This document shows positions 49,724-59,302 of a stretch of DNA of 64,000 nt, piece by piece (the stretch's first letter is position 1; every line of letters begins with the position of its first letter). The stretch lies in the IMG/VR virus record IMGVR_UViG_3300025679_000005; one strand, written 5' to 3'. Source of the stretch: a virus (Duplodnaviria > Caudoviricetes). The notes under the pieces were generated by a model, which did no database searches, was not told where the DNA came from, and worked only from the letters and a program-made list of their open reading frames with translations. Position numbers and translations under genes: made by a program.

Positions 49724-50203
49724 TTATCCCGAGTGGCTTTGTCCATCTTTTTTCGGCTCCTTCACCTTGAATGCTGAGTATCCAGGGAAACACGCCAAGA
49801 ACGCAAGCAACGCCGATGCAACATACGTTGCGCTCGGTGGCGTCCAACCTGGGCTGAGACGCCACGTTATGAGCATTGAGTGGTAAATTATCGTAACCGC
49901 CAGGATAGAAATCAGGGAAACGATGATCCCCAGACTCTCTTTGACGCTCTGCTTATCATAGAGCGTGTGAACTCCGTCGGCCACCGTCACGACCGCGAAA
50001 AAGGTCAAGGTGATCGGGCTGATTTGCGTCAATGCTTCAACAGCTTCGGGTGTCCATCGAAGAATTCCGTCCCAATTCACGGTTTTCCCCGTGCTTTCGA
50101 GGAAGAGAATCGCCATCGCCACAATGCCTGGCCCAAATAGTGGCAGGACTACCTTCAAGATAACCCAAGCCCAGAAGCGCGACCTGTCCGACATGGTCGC
50201 CAT
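49724..50203 (-). CDS. four-TM membrane protein
   Basis: Four hydrophobic segments. Confidence 0.65.
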   Translation of the reverse strand: MATMSDRSRFWAWVILKVVLPLFGPGIVAMAILFLESTGKTVNWDGILRWTPEAVEALTQISPITLTFFAVVTVADGVHTLYDKQSVKESLGIIVSLISILAVTIIYHSMLITWRLSPGWTPPSATYVASALLAFLACFPGYSAFKVKEPKKDGQSHSG

Positions 50204-50271
50204 GGTAGGTCAGGTCGCCGCTATTGTCAGAAAACCGGGGCCTTGGAAGCCGCGATCCTTACACCGACGCC

Positions 50272-50724
50272 TCAGGCCAGACCGATCTCGACAGCCGCTT
50301 CCACCCGCTTCCAGAAGGCAGCGGCGTCCTTGTCTTCGATCTCGACCCCCAAATCCTTGAGCTTGTAGTCCTTCTTGATGACCAAGACAGCGCTCTTTCG
50401 GTAGCCCATCTCCTTGGACTTCAGCTCGGCAATGACCTCGTTCAGGGCCTTCTCACGGTCCTTGAATCCCCGAACCCCGTGTCGCAGTACAGCAACAAGG
50501 TTTCGGTCCAGCAAGCCCGCCACTTCCTTGAACCAGTGGTCAATCCAATGGTCGTTCTTGATGCCCATCTTGGTTGCCAGGGTGGCCTTGTAGAACTCCA
50601 GCAGGGCGCCGCTGACGTGCTCCTCGACCTTGTCCTTGAAGGTCTCGCGGTTGTACGCCATCGAAAGCAGAATCCGTTTGGCGATCCTCTTCCGCATTTC
50701 CTCGTCTTTTTTGATGTTTGCCAT
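50272..50724 (-). CDS. helical hypothetical protein
   Basis: ORF preceded by GGTGTAAG. Confidence 0.65.
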   Translation of the reverse strand: MANIKKDEEMRKRIAKRILLSMAYNRETFKDKVEEHVSGALLEFYKATLATKMGIKNDHWIDHWFKEVAGLLDRNLVAVLRHGVRGFKDREKALNEVIAELKSKEMGYRKSAVLVIKKDYKLKDLGVEIEDKDAAAFWKRVEAAVEIGLA

Positions 50725-50733
50725 TCGTTCCTC

Positions 50734-51990
50734 TTACACCGACTGAGGGGTGGATCCCGAGGCTTGGCCCCAGAACTCCGGCTCGATCCCCAGCTCGTAC
50801 ATCTCGTGAACCAAGACCACGAGGTTGTGAACCAGCACCTTGCAGAGCACTTCGTTGACCTGAGCATCGAACTTCTTGGCTCGGACCGCTCCGCCGAACT
50901 TGCGCTTGATCATCGAGAACGTCGACTCGACGTTGCTCCGCTGGTGGTAGTGGCGATCGAACTCGGCTCGGCGGTACCAGAAGCAGTGCCAGAGCTTCTG
51001 CCATGCCTCGGGGCCGGCACCCTTGTTATTCGACTTGAACGGGATGTACGCCATGCCACCGGCATCTGCCACGGCAGCCAAATTGGCGTGTGAGATGTAC
51101 GCCTTGTCGGCCGACACTTCCTTCACCTCGAAGCGCTTGGCCGTGGTCTTCACCAAGCCCACGAACTGCGGCGAGTCGTGCATGTCGCCTTCGGTGACCT
51201 CGATCGAAGTCACGACGTTGGTGCGCACGCCCACCATGGCGTGGGCTTTGATCCAAGTTTGATAGCGCTGTTCACGCCCGTACTTGTGGTCGTACCAACG
51301 AGCGTACGTGCTGGTGTTGAACCCCGTACCGTCGACCGCGAACTGGTGCTCGACCGCTTTTAGGGGTGATGCGCTTTCTTCGATCATTGCCTTCAGAATC
51401 GGCGTGATTTCAGGATTCTGAAGGTAGTTGAAGATGCTGTTGTAGTGCGGGGCGCGGTCGATGAAACCTTTGGCTTCGCAGTCACGAATGTCACTGGTTG
51501 CACGACGGCCGCTCATGGTCGTGTGCGTCTTCATGGCGGCGCCGTAGATCACGTCCGACAAGGCGAGACGGGGCCTTCCCCGCGTTTGGGGAGGCTGTAC
51601 AACGCCATCGCATAGACCGCGGAGCAGCCTTTGGAAGTGCTCCTTCTCGTGGGTCTGAGCCTGGTTGTAGGCGGGCCAGTTTTGAGGATAAGTAACGCGC
51701 ACAGATTGGGAAGAGACGTGAACCGAACCGTCACGTTCACGCCGAACTTGGAGGCGGGTGAAGGTGACGGCGTGGATGTGCTTGCACATGAAGTGGTTGT
51801 CAGCGTGATCGGGACAGGTGCAGCTCAGCTCCAGCATGTCGACGCGGTAGGTGCGACCAGCGAGGGTCTGCGAAGGTACGAGCCAAAGATCGTCATCGAC
51901 CTTCTTCACCTGGTTCGACTCCGCTATTTGGCGGCCCTTGTCCTGACGGCGCTGAAGAGCGGTTGCGAGGAGGCTGTTCGCGGTTTCCAT
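50734..51990 (-). mobile_element. DDE transposase (IS4/IS5 superfamily-like) with N-terminal SWIM Zn finger; start probably ATG 51990
   Basis: CTCPD..CKHI (SWIM); AVDGTG, HDSPQ, SADKAY, YHQRSNVESTFSMIKRKFG; no terminal inverted repeats identified. Confidence 0.9.
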
Positions 51991-51993
51991 AGA

Positions 51994-52052
51994 AAGTATA
52001 TTACTAATTAGGTATACCCTTGTCAAGGGGCTCCTTCGTAAGTAATATACTT
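51994..52052. promoter_or_regulatory. AT-rich divergent promoter with 12-bp inverted repeat
   Basis: aagtatattact (51994-52005) and agtaatatactt (52041-52052). Confidence 0.65.
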
Positions 52053-52055
52053 GAG

Positions 52056-52325
52056 ATGCAACTTACGAAGATCGCCCTCTGGGGGCACTACTGCACTCGC
52101 TGTGGGCATCGGTGGGTTCCACGCGGGCTCAAGCCGCCGTTGAAGTTGAACCCGCCCTTGGCGCCAGAGGACCCGGGTGAGATGCCAGACAGCGTGATCG
52201 AGCAGGCAACTGTCTGCCCACGCTGTAAGTCGCCCTACTGGGCCACCAAGCGGCGTGATGAAGCGGCCCGGGTCGGGGCTCCGGTGAAGAAGCCCCGACC
52301 CAAACCTCGTGTCGGTCAGAGATGA
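52056..52325 (+). CDS. small Zn-finger protein divergent from the transposase
   Basis: CTRCGHRW..CPRCKSPYW. Confidence 0.7.
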   Translation: MQLTKIALWGHYCTRCGHRWVPRGLKPPLKLNPPLAPEDPGEMPDSVIEQATVCPRCKSPYWATKRRDEAARVGAPVKKPRPKPRVGQR

Positions 52326-52595
52326 GGCGCTACTACGACTGTCCAGTACCAGCGGAACTCGCTGGCCTGAGGGCATACGTACGCCTCTCGCAGATACATA
52401 TGCATCGCGAAATCGTCCTTTCCTCGGGGAAATGGACTTGCGCGAGCCCCTCCGGTGTATGAAACTGTCGAAACGGTAAGGCTTCGACTGGCTTCGACAC
52501 CGCGTGCCGGTTCGAGGTCGCTCAAGTCCGGTTGAAAAACCGGCACTCGCCCCGCTGGTGTTGCAAGCACTTGCGGGGTTTAGTGTTTTGTGGGG

Positions 52596-53027
52596 TTAGA
52601 CCGCCTCCCATTTGCCAGAGTCGACCCTTCGTACACGCCCCGTTCGCTTCAGGTAGTCGAGGAGGCTTGCCAAGGAACCCTTGTCAGCGTCGCGGTACAG
52701 TTTTTCGGCCAGCCAGTCGAGATCTGCCCGAGGGCGTTCCTGAAGCAACATCACGAGTCGGCCGCCTTGTCCTCGCTCGCCCTTCTCTAGGGGCGGGAGA
52801 TCTGAAGCCTTCGGTGCTTTCTCTGGGGCTGGCTTCAGGTCAGGTTCGTCAGCCGCCTTGCTCGCGATCTCTTCGAGGTCTTCGAGAAGCTGGGCTCGAC
52901 GCTTTTCCAATTCGGCCTTTTTCGAGGCATAGCTCTGCTCAACGGCAACCGCTTCCTTTTTGACTTCAGCGAGTTGTTCGTGAACCAGCTTCAAATGCTG
53001 GTTGAGGGTCAGGGGTGCTCTAGCCAC
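52596..53027 (-). CDS. coiled-coil plus winged-helix-like protein
   Basis: LLDYLKRTGRVRRVDSGKW wing-like end. Confidence 0.6.
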   Translation of the reverse strand: MARAPLTLNQHLKLVHEQLAEVKKEAVAVEQSYASKKAELEKRRAQLLEDLEEIASKAADEPDLKPAPEKAPKASDLPPLEKGERGQGGRLVMLLQERPRADLDWLAEKLYRDADKGSLASLLDYLKRTGRVRRVDSGKWEAV

Positions 53028-53083
53028 ACTCGGAACTTATCAGAGATCTCGGAGCCGACAAGTCTGAAAAGTCAGAATTCTCG

Positions 53084-53353
53084 TTAAGACTTCCGAGGTC
53101 GTCCTTGCTTCACCTGGAGGGCCTCGCCACGGGCATCCTCGAACAGCTCCTTGATGTTCACGCGCAGCGCTGTCGCGAACTTCTCCAAGGTGTCGAGCCC
53201 CAGGTTTTCGAGCCCGCGTTCGACCTTGCTGATGTAGCGCCAGCCCAGATCGAGTTCTTCGGCCAGTTCTTCCTGGGTTCTCCCTGCTTTACGCCGAAGT
53301 TCAGCGATTCGACGGCCAACCCGTAGATAGATTGGCTTCGGGATATCCGCCAT
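53084..53353 (-). CDS. XRE-family HTH regulator
   Basis: GRRIAELRRKAGRTQEELAE..YISKVERG..NLGLDTL. Confidence 0.9.
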   Translation of the reverse strand: MADIPKPIYLRVGRRIAELRRKAGRTQEELAEELDLGWRYISKVERGLENLGLDTLEKFATALRVNIKELFEDARGEALQVKQGRPRKS

Positions 53354-53453
53354 GGACGATGACGGTGGCGGCCAATCAATGTCCTAAACACACCTCTTTG
53401 AGGTAGACTTTGTCCCGGCTCGGACGGAAGCTGCCAGGCTCAAGGAGGCTTGG

Positions 53454-53861
53454 ATGAGGCTGTATTTCTCGGTGTTGATGTTGTTCGTGTTGACGTTAGC
53501 GACGTTGGTGACGGGGTGTCACAGGGGCGGGCCCTCAGATGCGGAGGTCTCTGCCCTTGTCATGCCGATCGCCGGACAAGTGGTTGGAGGATCTGGGACG
53601 ACCCTCAAGGACGCTGTTCAGTGCTCTGGGGAGGAGCAAACCATCTCTAAAGTCGAGGTCGCCCTTCGAGGGGAGAAGAACGAGCAGGATGGCTACTGGC
53701 CGGTCCAAGTCAGTATTGCCGGTACGTGCCGCGAATTCATGAACTGCGTCGGCAGGACGAGCTGCGTGCCCGGCATCGTCCCGTTCAAGACCAATCCCGT
53801 CTCTTTCAAGTTTCACAAAAACGACTTCGGCAAATGGGCTGCCGAGCCTTCGGAGAATTGA
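53454..53861 (+). CDS. predicted lipoprotein
   Basis: LVTGC lipobox. Confidence 0.7.
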   Translation: MRLYFSVLMLFVLTLATLVTGCHRGGPSDAEVSALVMPIAGQVVGGSGTTLKDAVQCSGEEQTISKVEVALRGEKNEQDGYWPVQVSIAGTCREFMNCVGRTSCVPGIVPFKTNPVSFKFHKNDFGKWAAEPSEN

Positions 53862-53976
53862 AGGATGTGACCCTCAGAGACGTTCCGTACGGTGACGTTC
53901 CGACCCTGTGATTGAGCACGATCGGGTTGTTCTCGTACTCTTGACGCCTAGCCAGGGACCGGCCGAACGTGACCCT

Positions 53977-54240
53977 ATGGCTGCCTACCTGATCACGTAC
54001 GACCTGAAAGATCGGAAGTACGAAAAGGCTCTGCTCGACTACGTGAGGGAAACCGAGGGCGCCGAAATGGTGACGGAATCCTCCTACGTGGCCATCACGA
54101 ACGACACCGCAGATCAAATTAAGGTGGCCATCAGGCAAATCACGAACGACCAGGCGCACGTCTACGTTTTCCCGGTGACGAGCTGCGTTGGGTACGGCAA
54201 AGAGTCGGTCAACGATTGGCTGACGAAGAACGGTCTGTAG
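53977..54240 (+). CDS. Cas2-like / SinR-like ferredoxin-fold small protein
   Basis: MAAYLITYDL..ESSY..VYVFPV..VNDWL. Confidence 0.55.
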   Translation: MAAYLITYDLKDRKYEKALLDYVRETEGAEMVTESSYVAITNDTADQIKVAIRQITNDQAHVYVFPVTSCVGYGKESVNDWLTKNGL

Positions 54241-55160
54241 TCGTGATGGGGGTCTTCTCGACCGAAGGCTCGTCGCTCGTATCAAAGTGCGCTTGCTGAC
54301 CTCCGTAAACCGGAAGTGCGCTGGCATCGATTTCCACGGCGCCGTTCCGAACGCGGACGACAAGGCCGTGGGCGTGTTCGAGCCCGATGAACGTGATCGC
54401 TAGGTTTGGCATCGCCGGATCTACACCGCCGGAGCACGGCAGCATCGGACAGCTCGATCACAGATGTGCCGTCTCGCTCGTGGCACATCTTTCTTGGGCA
54501 GCTCGGAAGGGTTCTTGGGCAGAGGGCATTTCTAAGGCAAAGCCCTCAATCCCCAGGACCGAAAAGGCTCTCAGCCAAATCGCGTCCGTCCGCAAGGCAT
54601 ATCGAGGTGTTGTCACGGAACACCGTGTGCTGGCCAGGGCTACCGAAATCGGCCTTGAAATGCTAGCTAACTCTCCAAGCCTGCTAGTCCCCGCTGAAGA
54701 AAAGTAGCCATGGCTCGTCCCTGCCCCGAGACCCTCGACCAAGCCGTTCTCACTATTGAAGACGATGTCTACCGGGCAACTGCCATTGTCGACCTCCTTG
54801 AGACCGCCGGCCTCATCGACCCCGTAGGCCAGAACTGGCACAGCCTACGTGTGCGGATCGCTGAGTACGCCAGCTCAGAGCTGCGGAAATGCTGGATCGG
54901 TTCGAAATCGTAGGCAATGACCCCTTAAGCTGGCCAAGCCCCCGGCCGTAATCACTGTCCATGAAGAAGAAATCCACGTTCAAATCGACGATCACTGGCC
55001 AATTCCTGTTCGACAACAGCGGCGAAGGTATAAGGGACTTCCCCAGTAACTGGAAGGCCCTGTCAAAGGAAGCCAAAGACGACTGGAACCAGTTGGCAGC
55101 CACGACCTGCCAACAAGTCGCCGAGGACATCCTCAGAGTCTTCGAGTAAACTCACCCCAA

Positions 55161-55210
55161 GAAGGGCCCTCGAAGCATCCCCGGGAAGGATTCGAGGGCC
55201 CTTCTTCTTT
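55161..55210 (+). terminator. strong hairpin terminator
   Basis: 14-bp perfect stem gaagggccctcgaa/ttcgagggcccttc followed by ttcttt. Confidence 0.75.
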
Positions 55211-55213
55211 CTC

Positions 55214-55252
55214 CCTTAACTTTCTCGAACCGGATCCGTTCTACTGATCATG
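55214..55252 (+). promoter_or_regulatory. class-2 promoter-like motif CCTTAACTT-N~14-CCGTTCTACTGATC-ATG
   Basis: Near-identical copies at 55982-56021, 63403-63442, 61427-61462 and on the minus strand at 18823-18856 and 61775-61809. Confidence 0.75.
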
Positions 55253-55483
55253 TCCAACAAATACGTTGTCAGCTACGGATACGGCGAATCCAAAGAATTC
55301 TGGGACTTCAAGCCCGCTTCCGAATTCTACGCCAAGATCCTAGCCAATAACGTGCCTGGTATCACCGACATTACCGGCCCAGGCTATGACCCCGGTGACG
55401 AAGACGGCATGGGCAAAGACGACGGCCTGACTGAGGACCAACGGGACATCATCGAAGCCGTCAACATCGAGCTGGCGTCATGA
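55250..55483 (+). CDS. small acidic hypothetical protein
   Basis: Follows a class-2 promoter directly. Confidence 0.7.
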   Translation: MSNKYVVSYGYGESKEFWDFKPASEFYAKILANNVPGITDITGPGYDPGDEDGMGKDDGLTEDQRDIIEAVNIELAS

Positions 55484-56018
55484 GCACTTGCAAAGGCTAC
55501 AGTGGGTTCGCATGCATGGAATGCGGCCACCGATTCAAAACCGTGTCCGGAGCCGAAAAAGCCTCCAGTAACGGCTGCCCCAAGTGCAACTCCTCCGACA
55601 TCGACCTCGAAGAGATCAAACCGGCCGGCCAGCCCAAGAAATGAAACGTCTGGCCCCACTAGACTCTGAGGAGATGCTCGAAGGCCTCACAAGAATCTAG
55701 GAAGAACCCATGACCTACATCCCAACGATAGTGGAAGCTGAACACGTCTGCACTGAACATTGTGCCCACGAGCTGGAAGAACAGGTGAATTCGCTGCTGG
55801 CAGCCGCGAACCTACGGGCAGAGTCATTGTGGAAATTGCTCGATGATATCGACACCTTAGGTGACTCGATGAAGCCCGAGCTAACGCCCTACTTCCACGC
55901 CGTCGAGCGCATCCACAAGAAACGCCACACCATCTTGAAGTCGGACGGCTACGGACTGTTCACGGCCGTGATTGCCAAAGCCCCTTAACTTCCTCGAAGC
56001 GGGTCCGTTCTACTGATC

Positions 56019-56246
56019 ATGAACACACCCAAAGCAATCTACCACGTGGTCCCGCTAAGTCGTGCGGATCAGCAAGACACCCTCATCTACAACACTCAAG
56101 GCGGCTTCGCTTGGGTCTCCCTCGCTTCCGGACAATCCTCCTGGTCAACCGAGAACCCTACCGCCGTCGGCGCTGAACTAGAGGCTCGTACGGCCGGCCT
56201 GGATCCGCAAGCTATTGCCTACATCAACCCCAAGAGTGCGTCATGA
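56019..56246 (+). CDS. small hypothetical protein
   Basis: Follows a class-2 promoter directly. Confidence 0.65.
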   Translation: MNTPKAIYHVVPLSRADQQDTLIYNTQGGFAWVSLASGQSSWSTENPTAVGAELEARTAGLDPQAIAYINPKSAS

Positions 56247-56860
56247 AATTCGAAATAGGCCAGAAGGTGTTCACTGATTACAGCCTCAACCGAAGAGGCC
56301 CCGCCACTCTAGTCCCACGCTACGTGATCAAGGTCGTCTACCGCAGCCTCAACGTCCTGGGAGGCGGCAGATCTAAGGTGGTCCGAACGATCGAGATCGG
56401 CGTCCTATACGAAATGTCAACCCTCGATTGGGACACGTTCCCCGACCTAACCACCTGGTGGGCCTCATTGAAACTGGGCGAACTCGACCAAAGATTCGAG
56501 AAGGCCTTCGGAAGCAGATCATGACCACTACAACCGTTCAGTACAACAGCTCCGGCTCGTTCATTGAAGTCGTCGGCCACAAGTTCTTCCACCGTGACTT
56601 GATCCCAGGCTACTAGGTCGAAGTCGACTGGTGGCAAGGCCTAGACCGATGCTTCTACGCCAACATCGAGGCGCCTGGGGATACCTGGAGCGGCGTCGTC
56701 TGCGTTGATGTGAAGGCCTCAGACGGGTGAGTGACCAAGTGGCCTAGCCCCTGACATCATGGGTGGCCTTGTTCACGAGTCATTGACTAGGCCACCCATT
56801 GTCACGTGATACTCCACGATCCGCGACCTGCGACCTTCCTGACCGGTGTAGATCCTGGCT

Positions 56861-57409
56861 ATGCAGATCCCGAAGTCAGTCAGTGTTGTGCTCCCCAAGA
56901 CCTTAGAGGACCTCTTACGTGGAGCCAAGACAAAGGATGGCAGGGCCTCCCTGTCCAAGCTTCTAGGTGAGGCAGCCGTTCGTGGATTCATGGAGATGGG
57001 AATCGAGCCAATGGCTGACCCAGACGCTCCAAAGAAGGCGCCCCTGGACGATCTCACCCAGAAGATGGGCGATGCCCTATTAGCGGCCAAGCCCGAGGCC
57101 CTGGCAAAAATACAGGCTGAGACCGAAGCCGCTATTGTAGTGGCCAGAGAGTCCAAGCTGCCTCCAGGCTACAAAGCAACGAATCATGGCGTAAACCCTG
57201 AGGTGAGGACCGAGGTCAAGGAACCGTTACTAACGACCAGAAAAGTGACTGTAGGTCAAGGAACCGTTACTAAAGACCAGAAAAGTGACTGTAGAGACCA
57301 GATCCTCGAAGAAGGGCCGCTCTTCACTGAGGAGCCGGAGGATGACGACCCAATGGCTTCCCTGTTCCGTGACGCCGAAAAAGCCGATTTCGGGCTGGAA
57401 GACGACTGA
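56861..57409 (+). CDS. hypothetical protein (possible ribbon-helix-helix N-terminus) with 40-bp tandem duplication
   Basis: SVSVVLPKTLEDLL..ASLSKLLGEAAVRG; repeat units 57213-57252 and 57253-57292. Confidence 0.6.
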   Translation: MQIPKSVSVVLPKTLEDLLRGAKTKDGRASLSKLLGEAAVRGFMEMGIEPMADPDAPKKAPLDDLTQKMGDALLAAKPEALAKIQAETEAAIVVARESKLPPGYKATNHGVNPEVRTEVKEPLLTTRKVTVGQGTVTKDQKSDCRDQILEEGPLFTEEPEDDDPMASLFRDAEKADFGLEDD

Positions 57410-57490
57410 AATCGGACTAGAATGCAGGGGTAAGCAGGACATGTAAACGCCGTGCAATCTCGTGCGGAGCCACAGTGATCCTGCTTACTC

Positions 57491-58669
57491 CTAGACTAAC
57501 GGATCGTCTAGTCGCTCGATCCAACTAGGCCATGAACTAGGAGGCCGCTTCTCCTCAGCCTGTGCTACCCAGGCAACAGGCTCAGTCCCCGGGACTGTAG
57601 CCACTGCCAAAGTCACGTTTACGTTGACATTGTCAGCGACAATGGATTCAAAACCCGGCTCGTGGTTCAAGATCGCCAGGACCAAAGCCCGCTGTATCGG
57701 CGGAATCGCTAGGCGGGCCAGGTACTCGACGACAATCGCTGACCTGAAAGGAACCTGAGGGAACAGCCCACCCAGAGTATGGTCAGGTTCTGGCTCGGGA
57801 GCCGCCTCAGCTTGAGGAGGCGGAATATACTCAATGAGTTCAGCATCATAGGCGGATCCTTGGGCAAGGACCACTTGGCCGCCATCCACTTGGTCTAGGT
57901 AGAGCGCCTGCCTAGCAAGGAGCGTCATTCCCGTGTCCGTCTGGGGAGTGACCTCAGCGTAGCCCATTTCAAGGTACTGCTGAACACGCCTCACGGGAAC
58001 GTCGTGGAGTCTCCCATTGGCGAGAATACGCACGGCATTGACTCCAGGCCGGACAGCCATCATCGCCCCCAAACTAGTGGTTACTGGGACCGTCCGATTC
58101 GCTGGGAACTGAGGATCGTCAATGGCCGGAGTCGGAGTCACCCAGTAATCCCTGCCCGCACGAATGGAACACCTGGCGTAGATGGCGGTGGTTGTAACGT
58201 TCATGTCAAAATCAAGAGTAGCCCGTAGGCAAACCCTGGAGGTAGCTCCATGGCCGTTGTCTACCCGCTCATGGGTAATAACTCGAAGGGCTCCGCCGTC
58301 AATGGCCTGCTCAAGGACAGCACGGACAACATGGAAAATAGCAGGGGTTTCTATCCGAAAGAGCGCACCCTCAGGCAATGCCAATGTCAGCTCAGGAACG
58401 TAGACGTAGGCTCGGAGCCAGAAAACCCCCCGGGCAGGGAATACATGCTCTCGCCCCATAACATCCACCAAGCGGGTATCGAAAGACCCCACTTGGCAGT
58501 AAATGTCAGAATCTGACCTGAATCCGGTCCTGAACCCGAAGTTGAGTCCGGGAGCAGCCTCCAACGCCGATCGAGCGATGTAGCCGATGTTGTTAGTGAC
58601 AGGGGTAATGTTAGACGTAAGCACCAGTAGGTGAGTGTAGGTACTCGAAGTTGCGAGTTCGTAAGGCAT
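57491..58669 (-). CDS. LSPxQ-domain / tag family protein
   Basis: IPPIQRALVLAIL..PSWIERLDDPLV. Confidence 0.8.
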   Translation of the reverse strand: MPYELATSSTYTHLLVLTSNITPVTNNIGYIARSALEAAPGLNFGFRTGFRSDSDIYCQVGSFDTRLVDVMGREHVFPARGVFWLRAYVYVPELTLALPEGALFRIETPAIFHVVRAVLEQAIDGGALRVITHERVDNGHGATSRVCLRATLDFDMNVTTTAIYARCSIRAGRDYWVTPTPAIDDPQFPANRTVPVTTSLGAMMAVRPGVNAVRILANGRLHDVPVRRVQQYLEMGYAEVTPQTDTGMTLLARQALYLDQVDGGQVVLAQGSAYDAELIEYIPPPQAEAAPEPEPDHTLGGLFPQVPFRSAIVVEYLARLAIPPIQRALVLAILNHEPGFESIVADNVNVNVTLAVATVPGTEPVAWVAQAEEKRPPSSWPSWIERLDDPLV

Positions 58670-58672
58670 GAC

Positions 58673-59302
58673 CTAAACCAGTGGATCCCCTAGACGTTCA
58701 CCCCAACTGAGCCCGATCGCCTCTGATTCTTCGGGAATAATCACCTTGGCCTTGAACCCGGACCCATCGGGGACCACCTCAAGGCAGATGGGCGATCCCA
58801 AAATCTTCGAGTTTATCAGCAATGACTGAAGCTGAATGGCCCCGCCCATGTACAGAGCCAAGGCATTCCCGAGTTCGTGTTGCCGCCTAGGGCTCTCTAG
58901 GTCTGCCCCGATAACGTCAGCCGCAACTGGATATGCCCAATAGATCTCGCCACTGAGCAAACGAACGATACTGAGCAAACGAACGGTCCTCGTTGAAGAG
59001 GCAACGGTCAGGGACACCCCAGAAACCACCCGCAATTGCAGTAGCGCAGGGTCAACATTCATCCGCTCCAATTCCCCACGTCGTTGAGCTTGCTCAACTT
59101 CGGATCGGTACACGTAGTGGCTCTCCGTACCATCACCACCTAGACGAATCCGAAGAAGCTGTGGAGGATCAGGGACAGTACGAGCGGAACCAAAAGGTGG
59201 ATCGTCCAATCGCTCAGACACTATCCGGAAGTGTGTGTAGTCATCCGCCGAAGGAATGTACGGCCTAGGCACCCTCAAGCTCCTTAGCCAATGCCAAGGC
59301 AA
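58673..59302 (-). CDS. tag family protein
   Basis: Ends LSWGERLGDPLV; 18-bp tandem duplication. Confidence 0.75.
   Translation of the reverse strand: MPWHWLRSLRVPRPYIPSADDYTHFRIVSERLDDPPFGSARTVPDPPQLLRIRLGGDGTESHYVYRSEVEQAQRRGELERMNVDPALLQLRVVSGVSLTVASSTRTVRLLSIVRLLSGEIYWAYPVAADVIGADLESPRRQHELGNALALYMGGAIQLQSLLINSKILGSPICLEVVPDGSGFKAKVIIPEESEAIGLSWGERLGDPLV

Noticed and set aside
52470-52540. GGTTCGA T-loop-like string suggesting a tRNA
   Set aside because: No acceptor stem, D-arm or anticodon arm could be built; no tRNA called anywhere in the window.
50725-52600. Terminal inverted repeats for the transposase element
   Set aside because: No convincing pair or target-site duplication found by eye, so element ends are not called.
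58952-58978. actgagcaa twice, matching part of the CasPhi repeat
   Set aside because: Only 9 nt, lacks the hairpin partner, and is explained by an in-frame coding duplication.
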